The notes below the pieces were generated by a model. That model ran no database searches and was not told where the DNA came from. It was given only the letters and a program-made list of their open reading frames with translations. DNA of 63,357 nt, filler included, from Octopus bimaculoides (lineage: Eukaryota): the NCBI RefSeq assembly GCF_001194135.2. It is 7 parts of 7 records of this genome, joined end to end, with 100 filler letters (N's around TTAATTAATTAA, not from the genome) between each part and the next. Parts side by side here need not be neighbours in the genome. Positions count along the whole stretch, not along the records: positions 60,809 to 63,357 come from NC_068985.1; 6 more parts are not named here. One strand, written 5' to 3'. Position 1 is the first letter of the stretch. Every line of letters begins with the position of its first letter. Positions 62,138-63,357 of the stretch are shown one piece after another. Both the position numbers and the translations under genes were made by a program.

Positions 62138-62821
62138 TTTGACGGGCAACATTTTTTTATGTAGTGTTTTTGGTACCGAAACACTAAAAATTTTTGTATT
62201 CGAAGTTATTTCACGTTAAAAATTGTCTTATTTCGATAATTTCAACTAATCACTGACGTCTATTCAGTTGAATACAGTTACTGCTGTGGCGGTGTATATG
62301 GTATTAATCCCCGTTAGTTCTGACATTTCCGATTAACTAGACTGTTCGTAAACAAAGGGGAAAAAGCCATCAAAATACTTGAATATTGCCTGCACGTGTT
62401 ATTGGAGCTACCAGAATTATTAATGCACCTCCACCAAGTGCTTCNNNNNNNNNNNNNNNNNNNNNNNNNNNNNNNNNNNNNNNNNNNNNNNNNNNNNNNN
62501 NNNNACACAGATACGCACAGCGTAATTTATTATATAAACAATATATGCGTATAAATTACGATTAAACCGGATGAAATATGTCACAGGGAATAACATTTTT
62601 ATGACCGGCAAGCACTGACTGTATTCAGCTGAATAGACGTCTGTGATTGGTTGAAATTACAGAAATACGACAACTTTAACATGAAATAACTTGCGATGTA
62701 CATTTTTTTGTTAAGAAGGTTAAGAGAAAAAGTTGTTTTGTATGACACATTCTACCAGTGTCCCAAGTTTGAAAGTGTTTCGTTAAGAAAACAAGTGTTG
62801 CCCGTCAAATCACAAAGATCC
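62126..62821. mobile_element. Non-autonomous long-TIR DNA transposon with an 8-bp TSD
   Basis: ctaagtgt at 62118-62125 and 62822-62829; termini ggacctttgtgatttgacgggcaaca / tgttgcccgtcaaatcacaaagatcc; inner IR blocks ~62200-62282 vs ~62615-62695. Confidence 0.92.
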
Positions 62822-63187
62822 CTAAGTGTATTTAGCTAACAACTGCTGGCAAATAAATTGGAGACTATTATTCTTTTCCTTTTCGATGTTGTTATTACGC
62901 TGTTTCATCCTACTTTCGACGCGGCACAAGTAACTTTTCATTGTACGATACGATTGGTACCTCCGACGTGGGAACCTTACATTCATACACTACATATAGT
63001 GACCCCTTACATCTCACCACTACATTTAGTAACCGCGATGTATACTGAGTGTCACACACACACACACACACGCGCGCGCGCAATTAAATCCAATTAAAGT
63101 TTTGAAATCTCTATTGTATCTACGAAAAAAGATTCTTCCATTGTCTGTATATGTCTTTAATATAAAGCAGAAGGCAAAAGTTAAAAT

Positions 63188-63231
<44 letters not shown>

Positions 63232-63357
63232 CATTTGTGTGTGTGTGCACCCGTGTATTTATACATACATACACACACACACATATTAATACACGCTCCA
63301 CACATTAAACACAGCATACACATATATACACGTGGTTTATCTAAAAGAAAATCAATC

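Overview
This is an AT-rich, microsatellite-dense, gapped eukaryotic scaffold. The repeat content points to a cephalopod, most likely Octopus (inference, not database-checked). Nearly all long ORFs in the supplied track are artefacts of N-runs or simple repeats. Most recognisable sequence is decayed transposable elements: two mariners and one Tc1 with TIRs; at least four Penelope-like element (PLE) remnants with RT and/or GIY-YIG domains; a PLE terminal fragment with a minimal hammerhead ribozyme core; a Gypsy gag-pol; a near-full-length RTE LINE; CR1-like and Tx1/L1-like LINE pieces; a probable hATm-like transposase end; a long-TIR MITE with a perfect 8-bp TSD; and many tRNA-derived SINEs. 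The only convincing host-gene signal, absent from the ORF track, is at 58.9-62.9 kb. Two paralogous phase-1/phase-1 exons (58945-59088 and 60170-60310) each encode a juxtamembrane NxT sequon, a hydrophobic segment and a basic stop-transfer stretch. Each is followed by a candidate short terminal exon with AATAAA. This looks like a single-pass membrane protein gene with duplicated, possibly mutually exclusive, TM/tail modules; one TM carries Asp and the other Arg. The ectodomain exons were not found. Second, one SINE core carries different 3' tails, two of which match the 3' ends of different LINEs (CR1-like and Tx1-like) present in this same window.
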